Assembly (NCBI GenBank): GCA_028534125.1
Contig: CM052816.1
Coordinates: 73,162,001 to 73,226,000 of the forward strand
Reading direction: 5' to 3'
Source: Lama glama
Lineage: Eukaryota
Length of the DNA stretch: 64,000 nucleotides
Position numbers and translations under genes: made by a program. Shown here piece by piece: positions 36,901 to 56,449 of the stretch (within the stretch, counting starts at the first letter, position 1; every line of letters starts with the position of its first letter). The notes below the pieces were generated by a model. The model worked only from the letters and a program-made list of their open reading frames with translations, searched no databases and was not told the origin of the DNA.

Positions 36901-37964
36901 TTTATAAACAGGAGCCTCTTGGAAGAGTTAGATTACAAAGCAGGGTTGGGGGCTGGGGCTGTGTTCCCATCTCAGAGCTCAAGAGTCTTCGGCGATGTCC
37001 ATGCCTCCTTTCCCCAAGGCAACATGAAGACGTTCAACAGCCCACATCCAGGTATGCTATCGCCAGGCTGCGGGAGCACCGCTCAGAGCTCACTGTTTTG
37101 GCTTTGAATGTACTAATTCCTTCTACCCTCTCTCTCTTCCTTCCTTCCAGCCCAACCATACTTTTAACTTCTTTTGCAGTACATCTCTTCATAAAGAATC
37201 TATAATAGAGGGATAAAGTAGTTGATGCCTTAGTTGACCATGCTGCTTCAATAACTTAAAATAAGTAAAAACATTCACCGTATTTTTTGAGAAATACTAT
37301 TACTTTCTTTCTGTTGGTCATGTTGATGTGTTTACCAAGTATTTACCTAGCATTGTTTGAGATTTGACAGTTATTAACACAAAGAACTTTCCTTTTGGAA
37401 AACAAAAAATTAAACAGGGACAGTGACATTTCCTTTGCAGAGTTGGTTTGAAGATTAAATGCCATCACCGCATGTGATTAACTACTTGGCATCCAGTAGG
37501 TGCTCAGTGAATGCTAGTGCCCCTGCTCTTCTTTTTTCACAAGGTAGAGGAAATAATTAAGGGAACAGCTACACAAGGACCTAATTCTAATCCATAAAAA
37601 GGAAATAACTGCCATAGTAAAACTGACAAATTCCTTGGTTAAAAAAAAAAAACAAACACATAATCTCAAGGTTGACTGGGAAGTTGGCCATGTTAGGAAA
37701 AGCTGAGCCCTATATTTAAGACTTTGAGAATTAGATTTCCAAAATTTCAGAGAAAATACTGGCATCAAATCCTCAATGGGAAAAAGTTAACTCAAGAATA
37801 TGGCAAGATGATAAAAAAAATATTTGAACCTGATGAAAACAAATGGAAAAGATATCCAAATAACCTTGAGAGACACAGCTAAGATAAATGGGAAGAAGCT
37901 ACCAGAAAAGAGATTTCAACCCAAATCAACATGATCTAGTAATCAGTACAATACAAACTGGAGA

Positions 37965-38120
37965 AATGGAAGCCTTGGAAGGTAATAAATCACCAAACTT
38001 CAGGCACAGATGGGTGTGAGTATTTGGTGCAGATGTTTTTAGAGGATATCTGAGCACTGAATAGTGAGTTGAACTTGATGACTATTAAATTTCCTTTTAT
38101 TCTAAAAGTTTATGAGTCTA
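37965..38120 (+). mobile_element. CR1/L3 or MIR3 3' end
   Basis: GTTGAACTTGATGACTATTAAATTTCCTTTTATTCTAAAAGTTTATGAGTCTA resembles the L3/MIR3 tail. Confidence 0.55.
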
Positions 38121-38740
38121 TCCCTCAGGCGATATAGTGCTGTGGGGAAAAAAGTATGAAAGAAATATTCAAGTGAGGAAATTCAGTGAAAGGGCAAGCT
38201 AACCCCCACACAACTCTCTAGCTCTTAACAACATTACCATTTTGTCACTTGGAAACAGGAGGTTTAAAAAAGAAATTAAAAAAAAAAGTTAATGGCAAAT
38301 CACATCTGCTGTGACAGGCTTAGAAGGGATGATTCATCACACATTAGAGTTAGGAGGGATTCTGAAGATTCTGTCCAATCCCCTCAATTTATCAGACAAA
38401 GGAACTGAATTCAAGGAAACCTGATTGGCCTGAAGTCACTTAGGTAGTTAATGAAGGAATCAAGACTTCAATCTAGACTTTTAGATCCAACTGTCAAACT
38501 GATTTTGAAACTTGTTTACATTTTCAGGTAACATGAGAATTAGAATTTTTGTCATCATTCTTTTAGATTTACATTTAAAACTCTAGTTCTGAGGGTGGCA
38601 ACAAATTATACTTTATCAGAGGATAATTGTATGGATATTTTTACTTCCCTTAGGGCTCTCCAAATACACAGATCCTTTATTTTTCCAACTATGAATCACA
38701 TCCAGGTGGTGAGATACAGAAATCTTGCAAATATATTGAA

Positions 38741-39240
38741 NNNNNNNNNNNNNNNNNNNNNNNNNNNNNNNNNNNNNNNNNNNNNNNNNNNNNNNNNNNN
38801 NNNNNNNNNNNNNNNNNNNNNNNNNNNNNNNNNNNNNNNNNNNNNNNNNNNNNNNNNNNNNNNNNNNNNNNNNNNNNNNNNNNNNNNNNNNNNNNNNNNN
38901 NNNNNNNNNNNNNNNNNNNNNNNNNNNNNNNNNNNNNNNNNNNNNNNNNNNNNNNNNNNNNNNNNNNNNNNNNNNNNNNNNNNNNNNNNNNNNNNNNNNN
39001 NNNNNNNNNNNNNNNNNNNNNNNNNNNNNNNNNNNNNNNNNNNNNNNNNNNNNNNNNNNNNNNNNNNNNNNNNNNNNNNNNNNNNNNNNNNNNNNNNNNN
39101 NNNNNNNNNNNNNNNNNNNNNNNNNNNNNNNNNNNNNNNNNNNNNNNNNNNNNNNNNNNNNNNNNNNNNNNNNNNNNNNNNNNNNNNNNNNNNNNNNNNN
39201 NNNNNNNNNNNNNNNNNNNNNNNNNNNNNNNNNNNNNNNN
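38741..39240. other. Assembly gap (500 N)
   Basis: Run of N; the round length suggests a placeholder of unknown true size. Confidence 1.
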
Positions 39241-40126
39241 AAAAAGGAGAAATATTATGACTTACTTTATGGAGGCCTTTGCTTATCAAAGGTTACAGGT
39301 AACTTGGTTTTCCAAATTGCTGTTCCCTCTCTAATTCTGCCAGTTGAAATTGGTCTTTCAGACACAGTAATGGTTTATTCTAAAGAAATTCTGTCAACAT
39401 TAAAGAGATTTTTCCATAATACCTAGACTGAACAAAGAAAGAACACCTATGAGATAAACAAAAACTAGTTAACCTGTAGTTGTGGTTTTTGGTTTTTTTT
39501 TTTTTTTGGACATTTCAACAATACATTTACTGAAATGTATGCTAATTTGAAATATATTTACAAATATCACCCTCCCATGAGGTAATGGCTAATTTAAAAA
39601 TGAACACCTATTTAAGAAAACTGTACACATCTCAGAAATAAATATTATGTGCACACCTTGAAAATCCTGTGCAAAAAGAAAGTAAGCAACATAAAATACT
39701 ACTATGTGTAATGGCTATTAGTTTATAGACACATTTCCACTGATTATTCACTGGCATATTATTAATCAACATCAAAAAAATCAACTCAGCCACAAAGTAC
39801 ATACAGCTCATTACAAAGAGTTCTATAGATGGGGTATCCACTGGTATCCACAGAGTAAGAACAAATGAGATTCCTAAATACCTAGTTTGATCCTTCATTT
39901 CCTTCCCTAGCAGCCTCCTTATTTCTAAGCTCCTATATTCAATTAATATATATCCTTATTTATCCTCTGTCCACAGTACTTCCATTGTTTCTGGACATGG
40001 GTAAATATCAACCCCTCTTCACTGGTGATGGCGGAGTAACAAAGTTTATGAAGACAATATTCACCCTAGATATTTTATTTGGACTTCCCATGTCAGTAAT
40101 TCTCTTTTCAGTGGCGTTTATAATCT

Positions 40127-40604
40127 TTTGGTGGGCAGACTCTAAGATGGCTCCCAGTGATTCATAGCTCCTCTTACTCATGCCCTTGTGTAATCTCCTC
40201 TCTCTGGTTGTGGACTGGACAGTGACTTGGCTTCTGACCAACAGTCTTGTTAGCAGACTCTCTCCATAGGCCCTCTCTGGTGTAAACTGCTCTAACAGAG
40301 AGGTCCGTTTGGCAAGGAACCGAGGGAGCCCCTACCTAATGGCCGGTAAGGAACTGAGGCCCTCAGTCCAACAACCTGCTAGCAACTACAGAATCTGAAG
40401 CAGACCTCTCCCTAGCTGAGGCTTCAGACAGCACACTTCACCTGCCCAATATTTTGACTGCAGCCTTGTGAGAATCTCTGAAGCAAAGGACCCACTCAAG
40501 CCATGGATGAACTCCTGACCCACAGAAACTGTGAGGTAACAGATGTGTGGTTTTAAGAAGCTAAGCCTGCAATTATATGTTATGCATTATACATAACTAA
40601 TAAC
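40127..40604 (+). mobile_element. MaLR LTR MLT1E-like
   Basis: TGGTGGGCAGACTCTAAGATGGCTCCC...GGCAAGGAAC..AGG...GAACTGAGGCCCTCAGTCCAACA...CTGACCCACAGAAACTGTGAG...TAACTAATA. Confidence 0.88.
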
Positions 40605-42014
40605 GATGCTTTGTGTTCTTAATTTTATTTACCATTTTGTTTTTCTAGCTCCTGAATATTTGGCTCTTTTGCAAATCTGCAATGACTTTTTTTTTAAGTT
40701 TCCAGTTCTATATTGAAATTTTCAACCTTTTAGTCCATCTCCTTATACATATTAAACATTAATTTTAAAGTCCATTTTACAATCCAAATATGTAGGCCCC
40801 TTTGGGTCTGTTTCTATTGTATCTTGTTTCTGCTGATTTTCATTCCTACTCTCTCTCTCCTCTTGTGCCCAACTATTATATATGGATATACTGTATTTGA
40901 AAAAATGCTTGTAGAAATAATTTGAGACCTAGGAAAATGTTCTTTCTCCAACCCTGCATCTTTTAGATACCCCAGGCATTAGAAATCTCAGATCATGTTC
41001 ATCTACTTCCAAAACTTCGTATTGTTCTAAACTATGTAGATGACTTGATTCTAAGCTATATTCTATGTGAATGGTTTACTTCTAGTTCACCCTTACACCC
41101 TCAGAAGTAGTCATTCAGGGTCTCAAAGCCAGGAATTCTACCAGTCTCAACCATGGAGGTCTTGTGCTGTAATTTCTGTCCTTCTAATCTCACAAGGCTG
41201 TTGAAATTCTACTCCTCCTCTCAGCTTCCTCATCTTGGTTAGCAAATCACCCCTCCAGAGCAAAAGCAGGCCTGATACTAGGGCTCACCTTCTGGATTTC
41301 CATTTTCTTCCAGATACCAGTCTGGCAATTATCTACTATCTTGTTATCTCTCCAATGCCTTCAGTGGGTATCTATTATATTCAGTCAGATGTCATAGCAG
41401 GAAGATTGAACCAAATAATCTAGTCCACCATTCTGGGAAGCAAAAGTCAAAGACTTCTTTTGTTTTTGTTTTTAATGGGTTACTTCACAGCTTTCTAGCC
41501 AGTCTGTGTTTGACCACCATTTGGGCACCTTCTCCAGTCTGATACGGTCTCAACTCTGTAAGAGCATCCCTACCATTCTTCTACTACTAGGAAGGGTGGT
41601 ACTGTAGACAACCCAGCATAGGCTATGAAGGGAAAGAAAATTCTCAGACCAGTGTCTAAATATTCCCTGGTTGCCAACTTCGGTTCTGTGAAAACAGACA
41701 AAATTTTTCCCAACATCATCATTAAGAAACTGTCAAAACAAAACAAATCAGGATCCACTTTGCCTTTCATTTAGCAGAAGTAGTAGGAAACAGAAGTTTT
41801 ATCTATTTTTCCAGGTAACTTATATATCACCTTCTACCCGAAGACTAGATTTCACTTAATTATCCCAAATGAAACTGAATTCTCCATTTGAATTCAATTT
41901 ATCATTATTACAATGTTTGTTGATAGAAAACTGAGATCTTTAAAGCTTAAAAAGTAATTATAAAGGTTGAGTTTTACCACCAATAATACAAGTTCTTAAT
42001 AGCAATCTGGACCT

Positions 42015-42320
42015 CAGGGGTCATAAACTCAATGTATCAAGGACAAAACATTTAACAGAAATTAGGGAGGCACGCCTAATGATGTTGGCCAAATAAAGAG
42101 AGGAGAAGTAAGGAGCTGGAGCAGGTGGGACAGTGACAAACTGGAGAGAGTATGCCTCCTCTAAAGGAACCCAGAGTGGACAATCTCCAGCTCCTGTCCA
42201 CACAACCTGGAGTTGCCAGATTTTACTATTTTTGAAAAGAACTCGAAACCTGAGTGTTTCATAACTCCCTTCCCTTTTAATGTTGATAATTAAAACAAAA
42301 AAAAAACCCATACAGTGTGA
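42015..42320. mobile_element. hAT element (MER102-like)
   Basis: CAGGGGTCATAAACTCAA terminus and internal GTTGCCAGATTTT..ATTTTT motif. Confidence 0.55.
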
Positions 42321-43154
42321 TAAAGATGAATGACATAAACAGAACTCAGCTGCTAAATTAAATTATCTCTGATGCCCATTCCAGCTTTAGATCCTGCCCA
42401 CCTCCTTTATTAGCACTATTAATGGTTAAGAGAGAAAAGTTACTGAAAGGTTTTGGAAGAGCCTAATAAAGTGCTTATAATGCAAGTATTGTTAGTTTGC
42501 AAATAAAAAGTCAAGTTATACATGAACTGAAGACCCAAAGAAATACTTTCTAAGTAGCTAAACATCATGCAAGTTTTCATTTTCTTGAGATCAGGACAGT
42601 TTTGGTAATTTAAACCTCAAATTAAAGCCATCAAAAATTACAAGTGGCTCATTTCTAAAACTATTTGGGTACATATTTCTGTATTACATTTCTCTACAAC
42701 ATGAATAAGGCGATAGGCACAGTAAAAATGAATATGATGATTCCTATTTTATATATATAATATATGTATCACATCTAAAGAAGGCTAAAGTTACGAATAT
42801 CTTTATATCAACACATAATTTTCATAAAAACATTCTGAGGATGTTTGAATTAAAATATGAAAGCATCAAGCTTATAATAATTTATATAATCATCTATTAA
42901 AAAATAAGATAGTTACTTTCTTCTGTCTTCAGTTTTCCTAAACTGGTTGATGTATGAGTTTTTGCTATATGTCACCAAGGTCAAACTTCATTTACTCTGT
43001 CCAAAAACTAAAAAGGTAAAAAAATAAGTGTGATCCCATTTGCATTTATTAACTTAGACTCCCCAACAATTCAGTTCATTTCTAGAGAACACTACTTGTA
43101 TTTTAAATCCAACGGCAGTTCCTTTACATAATTTTAAAAGCAAATCAAAATAAC

Positions 43155-43316
43155 GGGGACATACTGGATAGCACAGGCAACTATATTCAATTTCTTGTAA
43201 TTACAAATAATGGAAAAGAATCTGAAAAAAAAAGTACGTATAACTGAATTGCTTTGCTGTACACCTGAAATTAGCACAATCAAGTACACTTCAATTAAAA
43301 AACCAAAATTAAAAAA
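43155..43316 (+). mobile_element. L1 3' end
   Basis: TACTGGATAGCACAGGCAACTATATTCAAT...AATGGAAAAGAATCTGAAAA...TTTGCTGTACACCTGAAA...ACTTCAATTAAAAAA, with an imperfect TSD AAATCAAA.TA.C. Confidence 0.85.
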
Positions 43317-44265
43317 AAATCAAATTATCTTATAACCATAACTTCTTTTTAAGATACAAAAATCCCCAAACTTATCCTATATATTAAACCTTAGACTTAT
43401 GCCCCAACTATTATAAAAGTTTCAAAAGTCAAGTGTCAAATGTTACTTACAAAAATGTTGCAAATTGAAGGCAGAATTCTGTAAGATGACAGAGGAAGAA
43501 CACAAAACGTAATCAAGACCTGAGACCGAATTCAATATTTTTACATAGAGGGGAAACAAAATGAAGAAATGTGACTGAGAAATGAAGAGTAATTGTACTA
43601 AGGATGGCACACAGAACGTTATTTAAAGGAGCTAATTATGAGAATACTCTCAAAGTCTTATAAGCGATCTCTAATGCGGAGTTAAGCTCATTTGGATAGT
43701 AACTAGGTTGAATTTCAGTCTGCAATGCGCTTATTATACATAAAGACAGTGACCATGTCTGTACATTTGGAATTATTACCTATAATTCTCACTCTTTATG
43801 GTATCTCTTATTAGTCCTAAGTTTTAATTTTTTATTGCTATTTTTTTGTTACAAATTTTTTTTTAACCAAACTTTGGGATACTAAGAAGGCCTTTCATGA
43901 GAAATTCAACCTTGTCCAATCAAATATTGGCCAATGTCAATGTTGTACACCTGTGGGTTTTTTGATTTCTATTCTCAGTATTCTCTGTAGCAATTTTTTT
44001 TCTCATTTATTTTTCTTTTTTGAAACATTACTAATGTTACTTCCAAGGTCTAAGAACCTAAGTTGCATATAATTCATCAGTTATATAATTAATCATCTGT
44101 GAAACCTTATTAAAGTTACTTTAACTCCTCTGTGCCAGTTTCCTGTATCTGCAAAACACTTCATGTTTTGAAGGGGTTTTGGAATTCTATACTGTTATTA
44201 TAACAAAATATCTATGTATTCTCAAGCAACTGAATTACTGCCTTTACCTTACTTTTAAGTCTACA

Positions 44266-44880
44266 TGAAACTGAGCAGGGTCCTGCGGGGCCTTTCAGGG
44301 GACAGAACCCCTTATCATCTGCCTGTTGTTTATAGAAAAGCTTTAGCCTCCAAGGTCTTCCTACAGTTCCAAATAGCAAATTTAACAAGAGAAATGAGAA
44401 AACAATAAAAACAGTCAAACAAGACAAAAATAATAGTTTAGTCATAAACAAAGTCAAGGACCTACAGTTCCTCCTGAAGGGTTATGGATAATATTCTGAG
44501 CCATACCCTTGAGTTGTTTTGCAGATACTAGAACATCCATCAGACAGAAAAAGTTAACTACATACTGACCACAAGCATGCAGACCCCAGAGCAGTTGGAA
44601 CCAGAAGGTTGATGATGTTGACTCCCAAAACCCCACCCAGTTACCTCACCACCAGTTAATTAGAAGAACGTCTACAAGCTGATCAGGCACCCGGCTTCTT
44701 TCCTTAACATAAAAGAAGCTAGAATTCTACCCCAAAAAAAACACTTCTTCAAGACATAAGTCCATCTTCTCGGTTAGCTGGCTTTTCCAATAGTCATTTT
44801 TCACTGCCCCAGCATTTTGTCCCTTGACCTACTGGCCTGTTATGCAGTGAGTGACTGGTATGAGCTTGGACTTGGTTACA
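44266..44880 (+). mobile_element. ERV1 solo LTR (cetartiodactyl type)
   Basis: Starts TGAAACTGAGCAGG and ends GAGCTTGGACTTGGTTACA. Near-TSD taca/caca. Confidence 0.82.
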
Positions 44881-45103
44881 CACACACACACAATTAATAT
44901 CAGGTACTGAAGATTGCTCCATTAGTCTCATCAGTTAATCATATATAAATAAAATTATTTTTAATCAATATACTATACCTAAAATTAAATACTTCAATGA
45001 TGTATTTTGAGCAGAATGAGAGGTCTAATCACAGGTTAACATAAAAAATGTCTCAAAATTAATGCATTTAATATTTGACAGAAGTCTCATTGTCAAAATT
45101 CCT

Positions 45104-45109
45104 TTTATT
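45104..45109 (-). terminator. Proximal polyadenylation signal AATAAA of MRPS30
   Basis: Plus-strand tttatt about 54 nt after the stop codon. Confidence 0.7.
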
Positions 45110-45162
45110 GTTTCTTCAGTGAAACTTAAGTAATCCCAAAGTCCTGAATCAAATGTTTTTTC

Positions 45163-51638
<6,476 letters not shown>

Positions 51639-52729
51639 CTTTGCCGGGAGTTCCGGATCAGAGGTCAACTTCAGCAATTGTCCCGGCCCCCGTGCCGTAA
51701 GGACCAATCGGAAAGCGGAATCTCAGACGCGCTGGGAGAGGCCGATTCTCAGTAGGCTTGAGAAGCCGTGCGTCATCCATTTTTTAGCCAATCACATCGC
51801 GTCTGCAACTTAGCGTGACCCAAAGAGTTTGTAGTTGAAAGGAAGAACTCGTGCTGGAGTTAAGTTTTCCGCAGATGTGGCCGGGAGAAGTGAAACTTTT
51901 AAATAGGTGATGCTGCCACTGCTCTTAGGACCAGAGCAACTTTTTTTCCAGAAACCCTTTGGGAATATTCTGCGCCGAAACGTCTATCCCTTGGCTAAAT
52001 TTACAGGTTTCATTTATGGATATCGCATCGCTTTTTAATTTTAGTTCTTGGGGTTGAAACTTGTTATTGAAAATACTGTTCTAGCATTTTTTTTTGTCAC
52101 ATGCTTTTTTTTTAAATGACGCAAGTATCACTCAGATGACTACTGCTAATCTTTGGGAAAATAATTTCATATATATTGCTATGGTCATTAATATATAATT
52201 TGTTTAATGACACAGTTTACAAAGAGGAGTGTACTTTTACGTGAGTGTAACTGAAACAAGGGAAATAAAAAACGACTGAAGAATTGTTTATATTTTGTTA
52301 AAACCAATTATTATTTCAGCATGAGTTGATTCCTATTAATCTTTGAGCTCCTTGAAGTAGGGACTATTTTATTTTTGATGCTTCAGTGATGATCGATCAA
52401 CCTGTATATAGTGGGTACTTAATAAATGTCTGCTAAAAAAAATTAACCTAAATCACAAAATATCTAAGCTCATTTCAGGTAATCTAATTGACTGACTCAT
52501 TCTCCTATTGTAATTAGGAACTAGAATATTTATTTGGATTTATTTCAATAATTCTTGAGGGTATTGAAAACCATGTTGTTACCAAAAGGAAGTTATAAGT
52601 TATATATACCTTTAAGTTTTAATTGATGATACAATTTAGTTATAAAGTTGCAAGTGTATTAAACTGACTTTTAGAAATAAGTACCTCAAGTTCACTGATT
52701 TTTTTTCATTAATTTATTAATTTTTGAGC

Positions 52730-54290
52730 AAAGGCTCGAAGGAAGGAGTGAATTATGACAAAACTGGGGAGAGAGAATTCTGGTGGAAGGAACAGCTACT
52801 GCAGAGGCCCTGAGGTGGGAATATGCCTGCTGGGCTCAAGAACAAAAGGAGGCCAGTGTGGCTGAAGGAAGCAATGGATGGGGAGAGCAGTAGGAAATGG
52901 GAAAGAAGCCAGAATTTATAGGTTCCTAGAGGCAAATTGCTAGGGTTGTTTGAAGACTCTTTACTAATACTCAGAGGAGTGAGAAGCCTTTGGAGGGTTC
53001 TGCTCAACAGAGGGATCTCGTGGTGTGACTTAGGTTTTTAAAAGACTTACTCTATGTATTAGGCAGTTTAGACTTAAACAACAGAAATGTATTTTCTTAT
53101 AGTTCTAAATGCCGGAAGTCCAAGGTGAGGGTGCCAGCATGGTTGGGTTCTGGTGAGAGCTCTCCTCCTGGCTTGAAGACGGGCTGCATGCTTGCTGTGT
53201 CTTCACATGGTGAAGGCTGAGCTCTCTGGTGTCTCTCTTATAAAGAGAGTCCTGTCAGATTAGTGCCCTACCCTAATGACCATCTTTAATGTTAATTACT
53301 TCTGTAAAAACTTCATCTCCAAGTAGAGTCACATTGGAGGTCAGAACTTAAACCTATGAATCTTAGACACAATTCAGTCCATAGCACTTTCGCTGATTTG
53401 GAAATATATTGTGGAGGGTCAAATTTGGAAGCAGAGAAACCAATTAGAAGACAATTTGCCTTATTTCAGGCAAGTGCTCATTGTGGCCTGAAGAGACAAT
53501 AGCAGTGAAGGTAGTGGAAGTGATCATAGATTCTGAATTGAATGTAGGTATGAGAAAATATCCAAAATTTTGAGCCTGAGCAGTGGAATGAGAGAAGCCG
53601 GAAGACAAGAGATGCATTTTTTCTTTAATCTCTCATCTTGTTTTTGGAAGGGGAGGTGGCAGTAGGGGAGTGGGCCAAGATTTGGGAAAGAAAATAGGAG
53701 AATTTGTGAAACATGTATTTATCTCTTTTTATGTGTTTATTTAGTTGACATTCTTTTAAAAGAAAATGAATATTAAGATCTTCCCTATTAAGCTTGCCTT
53801 TAGTGTTAGATTTAAAGTGTTACCATCAAAAGCCATGACATTCTCCAGTGGCTTTCTGAAATCTCTCTACTTCATTCATTCAACAAATATTTATCAAGTA
53901 ACTACTATATACCAGCACTATTCTGGATACATAGGAATCAGCAGTGAAATAAAGGCCTTTGTAGCACTTACATGTTACAGGTGAACTCTAACCAGATTTG
54001 TCAAGTAGACACGTTCTATGCTAGACAGAGATAAACGCCAAGAAGAAAAAAAAAATCAGGCAAGAAGATTACTGGGTTGAGGGGTTGAGTAGAGTGATTT
54101 CAATAGACTGATTAGGGAAGGCCACCATGAGAAAGTGGCACTTACGTAACATCTGAAGGACATGACAGAAGAGCCATGTGGATCTCTGGGGAAAAGCATT
54201 CAAAGCACTGCAAAGGTCACAGTGTATCTGGATAGGGGGAAGAACAGCAAGGAGGCCAGCGGGCTAAAGTGGAATGAGACATTGCAGTTT
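52730..54290 (-). mobile_element. L2 fragments (52730-53590 interrupted by MLT1A; 53870-54290)
   Basis: GCAGAGGCCCTGAGGTGGGAA...GGAGGCCAGTGTGGCTG and TTCATTCATTCAACAAATATTTAT...AAGAACAGCAAGGAGGCCAG. Confidence 0.8.
53055..53386 (-). mobile_element. MaLR LTR MLT1A-like nested in an L2
   Basis: TGTATTAG...CTTAAACAACAGAAATGTATT...GAAGTCCAAGGTGAGGGTGCCAGCATGGTTGGGTTCTGGTGAG...GACACAATTCAGTCCATAGCA. Confidence 0.9.
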
Positions 54291-54589
54291 TGCCAGGGAG
54301 CGCCAATGTCTGATCTGGAAAACGGTTCTGATGAGCTGGGCAGTATTTATATTCATGATTTTTTTTCCTGTTGGAGACGGACTCTCTCCTGGTTGGCCAT
54401 GAGTTCTGTTGATGTTTGGAAGAGACAAAAACTGCCCAGTTGATTGTAACCTTACCAGAGCTTCTTATATCTTAAATTGAGGATGTGAGAAGGAAATGGT
54501 GACAGGCTATTTCCTAACCTCAGATGTGGATGAGAGTGACAGCTCGTCCTTTTGATTTGTTTCCTTCACATATCTTTCTTTTTAAAACA

Positions 54590-54591
54590 AT

Positions 54592-54630
<39 letters not shown>

Positions 54631-54753
54631 TTTTTGTGGGGGAGGTAATTAGTTTTGTTCATTTATTTATTTATTTAATGGAGGTACTGGGGGTTGAACC
54701 CAGAACCTTGTGCGTACTAAGCATGTGCTCTACCACTGAGCTATACCTCCCCC
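54590..54753 (-). mobile_element. Vic-1-type camelid tRNA-derived SINE
   Basis: Minus strand GGGGGAGGTATAGCTCAGTGGTAGAGCACATGCTTAGTACGCACAAGGTTCTGGGTTCAACCCCCAGTACCTCC (A and B boxes), then AT-rich ...CTAATTACCTCCCCC and a (TAAA)n tail. Confidence 0.88.
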
Positions 54754-54853
54754 TAGAAATATTTCTTATTGAAGGCGTATTTCTTACCTAGTTGTATATA
54801 TAACACATTTACATGAAACTGAGAACATAATATACAGTATTACTGGGGAAGAG

Positions 54854-54857
<4 letters not shown>

Positions 54858-54888
<31 letters not shown>
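54858..54888. repeat. (TG)n microsatellite
   Basis: Read directly from the sequence. Confidence 0.95.
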
Positions 54889-54890
<2 letters not shown>

Positions 54891-55079
54891 GATTTTCGAT
54901 GGTTGGTTTAGAATCAGCGGGAAGAAAGCTAAGTGTCTCCATCATATGCCAGGTCCTATATTGAGTACTGTATGTGTGTCAGCTCCCATAATCTCACAAT
55001 TACCCTACAAAGGGAATATTATCCCGCCTCTGATTGTTTTTTGCAGCATCACAGAGGTGTTGCTCACCACCAGATGAAG

Positions 55080-55815
55080 AACAATTAAAACAATTTTGAA
55101 AAAAGAATAAAGTTGGAGGATCAGTCAGTCTATTTGATTTCAGGACTTAATATTTAGTTTTAATTACCAGTGGAGGAAAGACAGCCTTTTCAACAAATGA
55201 TGCTAGAGCAATTGGACATCCATAGGCCAAAAATGAAACAAAACAAGCAAAAAAAACTTCAACCTATCTCTTACATCTTTTGGAAAAATTGACTTTAAAG
55301 TGGATCACAGATAAATGTAAACATAAAATTATTAGGAAAAAAAAGAGCAAAAAATCTTCAGGTTCTAGGGCTAGGCAAAGAGTTTTTAGTGTTGACACCA
55401 AAAGCATGATTCATAAAAGAAAAAAATGATAAATTGGGCATGACTGAAATAAAACTTTTGCTCTGGAAAACATCCTGTTAAAAGGGTGAAAAAATAAGCT
55501 ACAGGGTGTGATAAAATAACTGCAAACCTTGTGTCAGACAAACAACCAGTATCTAGAACATATAAAACAATTCTCAAACCTCAATAGTAAATGAAAACAA
55601 TCCCATTAAAAAATAGATAAAAAAGACATGACTATCAAAGAGAACATATGATGGCAAACAAGCACATGAAAAGATGTTCAAGATCATTAGCCATGAGGGA
55701 AATGCAAATTAAAATCAAAATGAGGTTTTATTACACTCATCAGAATGGCTAAAATAAAATAATAATACTGATGAGGGTTGGGAGAAAATGTATCACTGGG
55801 TACTTTGCTGGTGGG
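55080..55815 (+). mobile_element. L1M ORF2 3' fragment
   Basis: CTTTTCAACAAATGATGCT...GACACCAAAAGCATGATTCATAAAAG...ATGGCAAACAAGCACATGAAAAGATGTTCA...GGGAAATGCAAATTAAAA...CAGAATGGCTAAAAT. Confidence 0.88.
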
Positions 55816-56449
55816 TGGGCTTCCTGCTTCCCTACCTCAGCTTCCCCAACTCACTGGGCTGCCCCTGGCAACTCTGTTTCAAGTTATGATTTGACACCAC
55901 TGTGTACCCCAAACTCCAGGAGACCAGCATTAAGCTCCTCTGGGGCGGGCTGGGTGTGATCCCATTAGAAAGTCAGTTTCTAAGGCTTCAGATAAGGGAA
56001 AATCTCTCCTCCTGCCCTCTCAACCATGAGGCTGGGGCGGGAGGGACTCTCAGTGTGTTCTCAGTCTCTCATCTTCTGGGTTGGAGGGAGGGTCAAGAAG
56101 TACAAAACCACGTTTTATAAATGCCTGTGTAATTGCTGCATAATTAGCCTGACACTTACTAGGAAATACGGAACTAGTTGGCACCTAGTATTTTGGGGCT
56201 TCAGCTGAAAACAAGACAGAAATTTTGTGTATATGTGTGCGTGTGTGTGTGTATGTGTGTGTGCGTGTGTGTGGAGAGAGAGAGCAGTCTACATTCTTTT
56301 TTGAAATCGTTTTAGATGTATCATCAAGGAATCAAATATTCTCATAATTTATAATTATTTTTTTACATTCTAATATGAGTATGAATCACCTCTGGCACAT
56401 ATGGTCATTTTATAAGGATAAAAACATTTGATTAATTAAATCACCTATT

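Noticed and set aside
36598..37107. 169-aa ORF
   Set aside because: Non-ATG start, largely antisense L1ME sequence, no recognisable domain.
38595..39289. 221-aa and 197-aa ORFs
   Set aside because: Artefacts of translating through the N gap.
51639..51707. 23-aa N-terminal extension of MRPS30 in the ORF track (MVLTARG...)
   Set aside because: It starts at a TTG inside a CCAAT box. The ATG at 51638 has strong context and gives the expected 439 aa.
54680..54753. Possible tRNA gene
   Set aside because: It is the head of a SINE, followed by the SINE body and a (TAAA)n tail.
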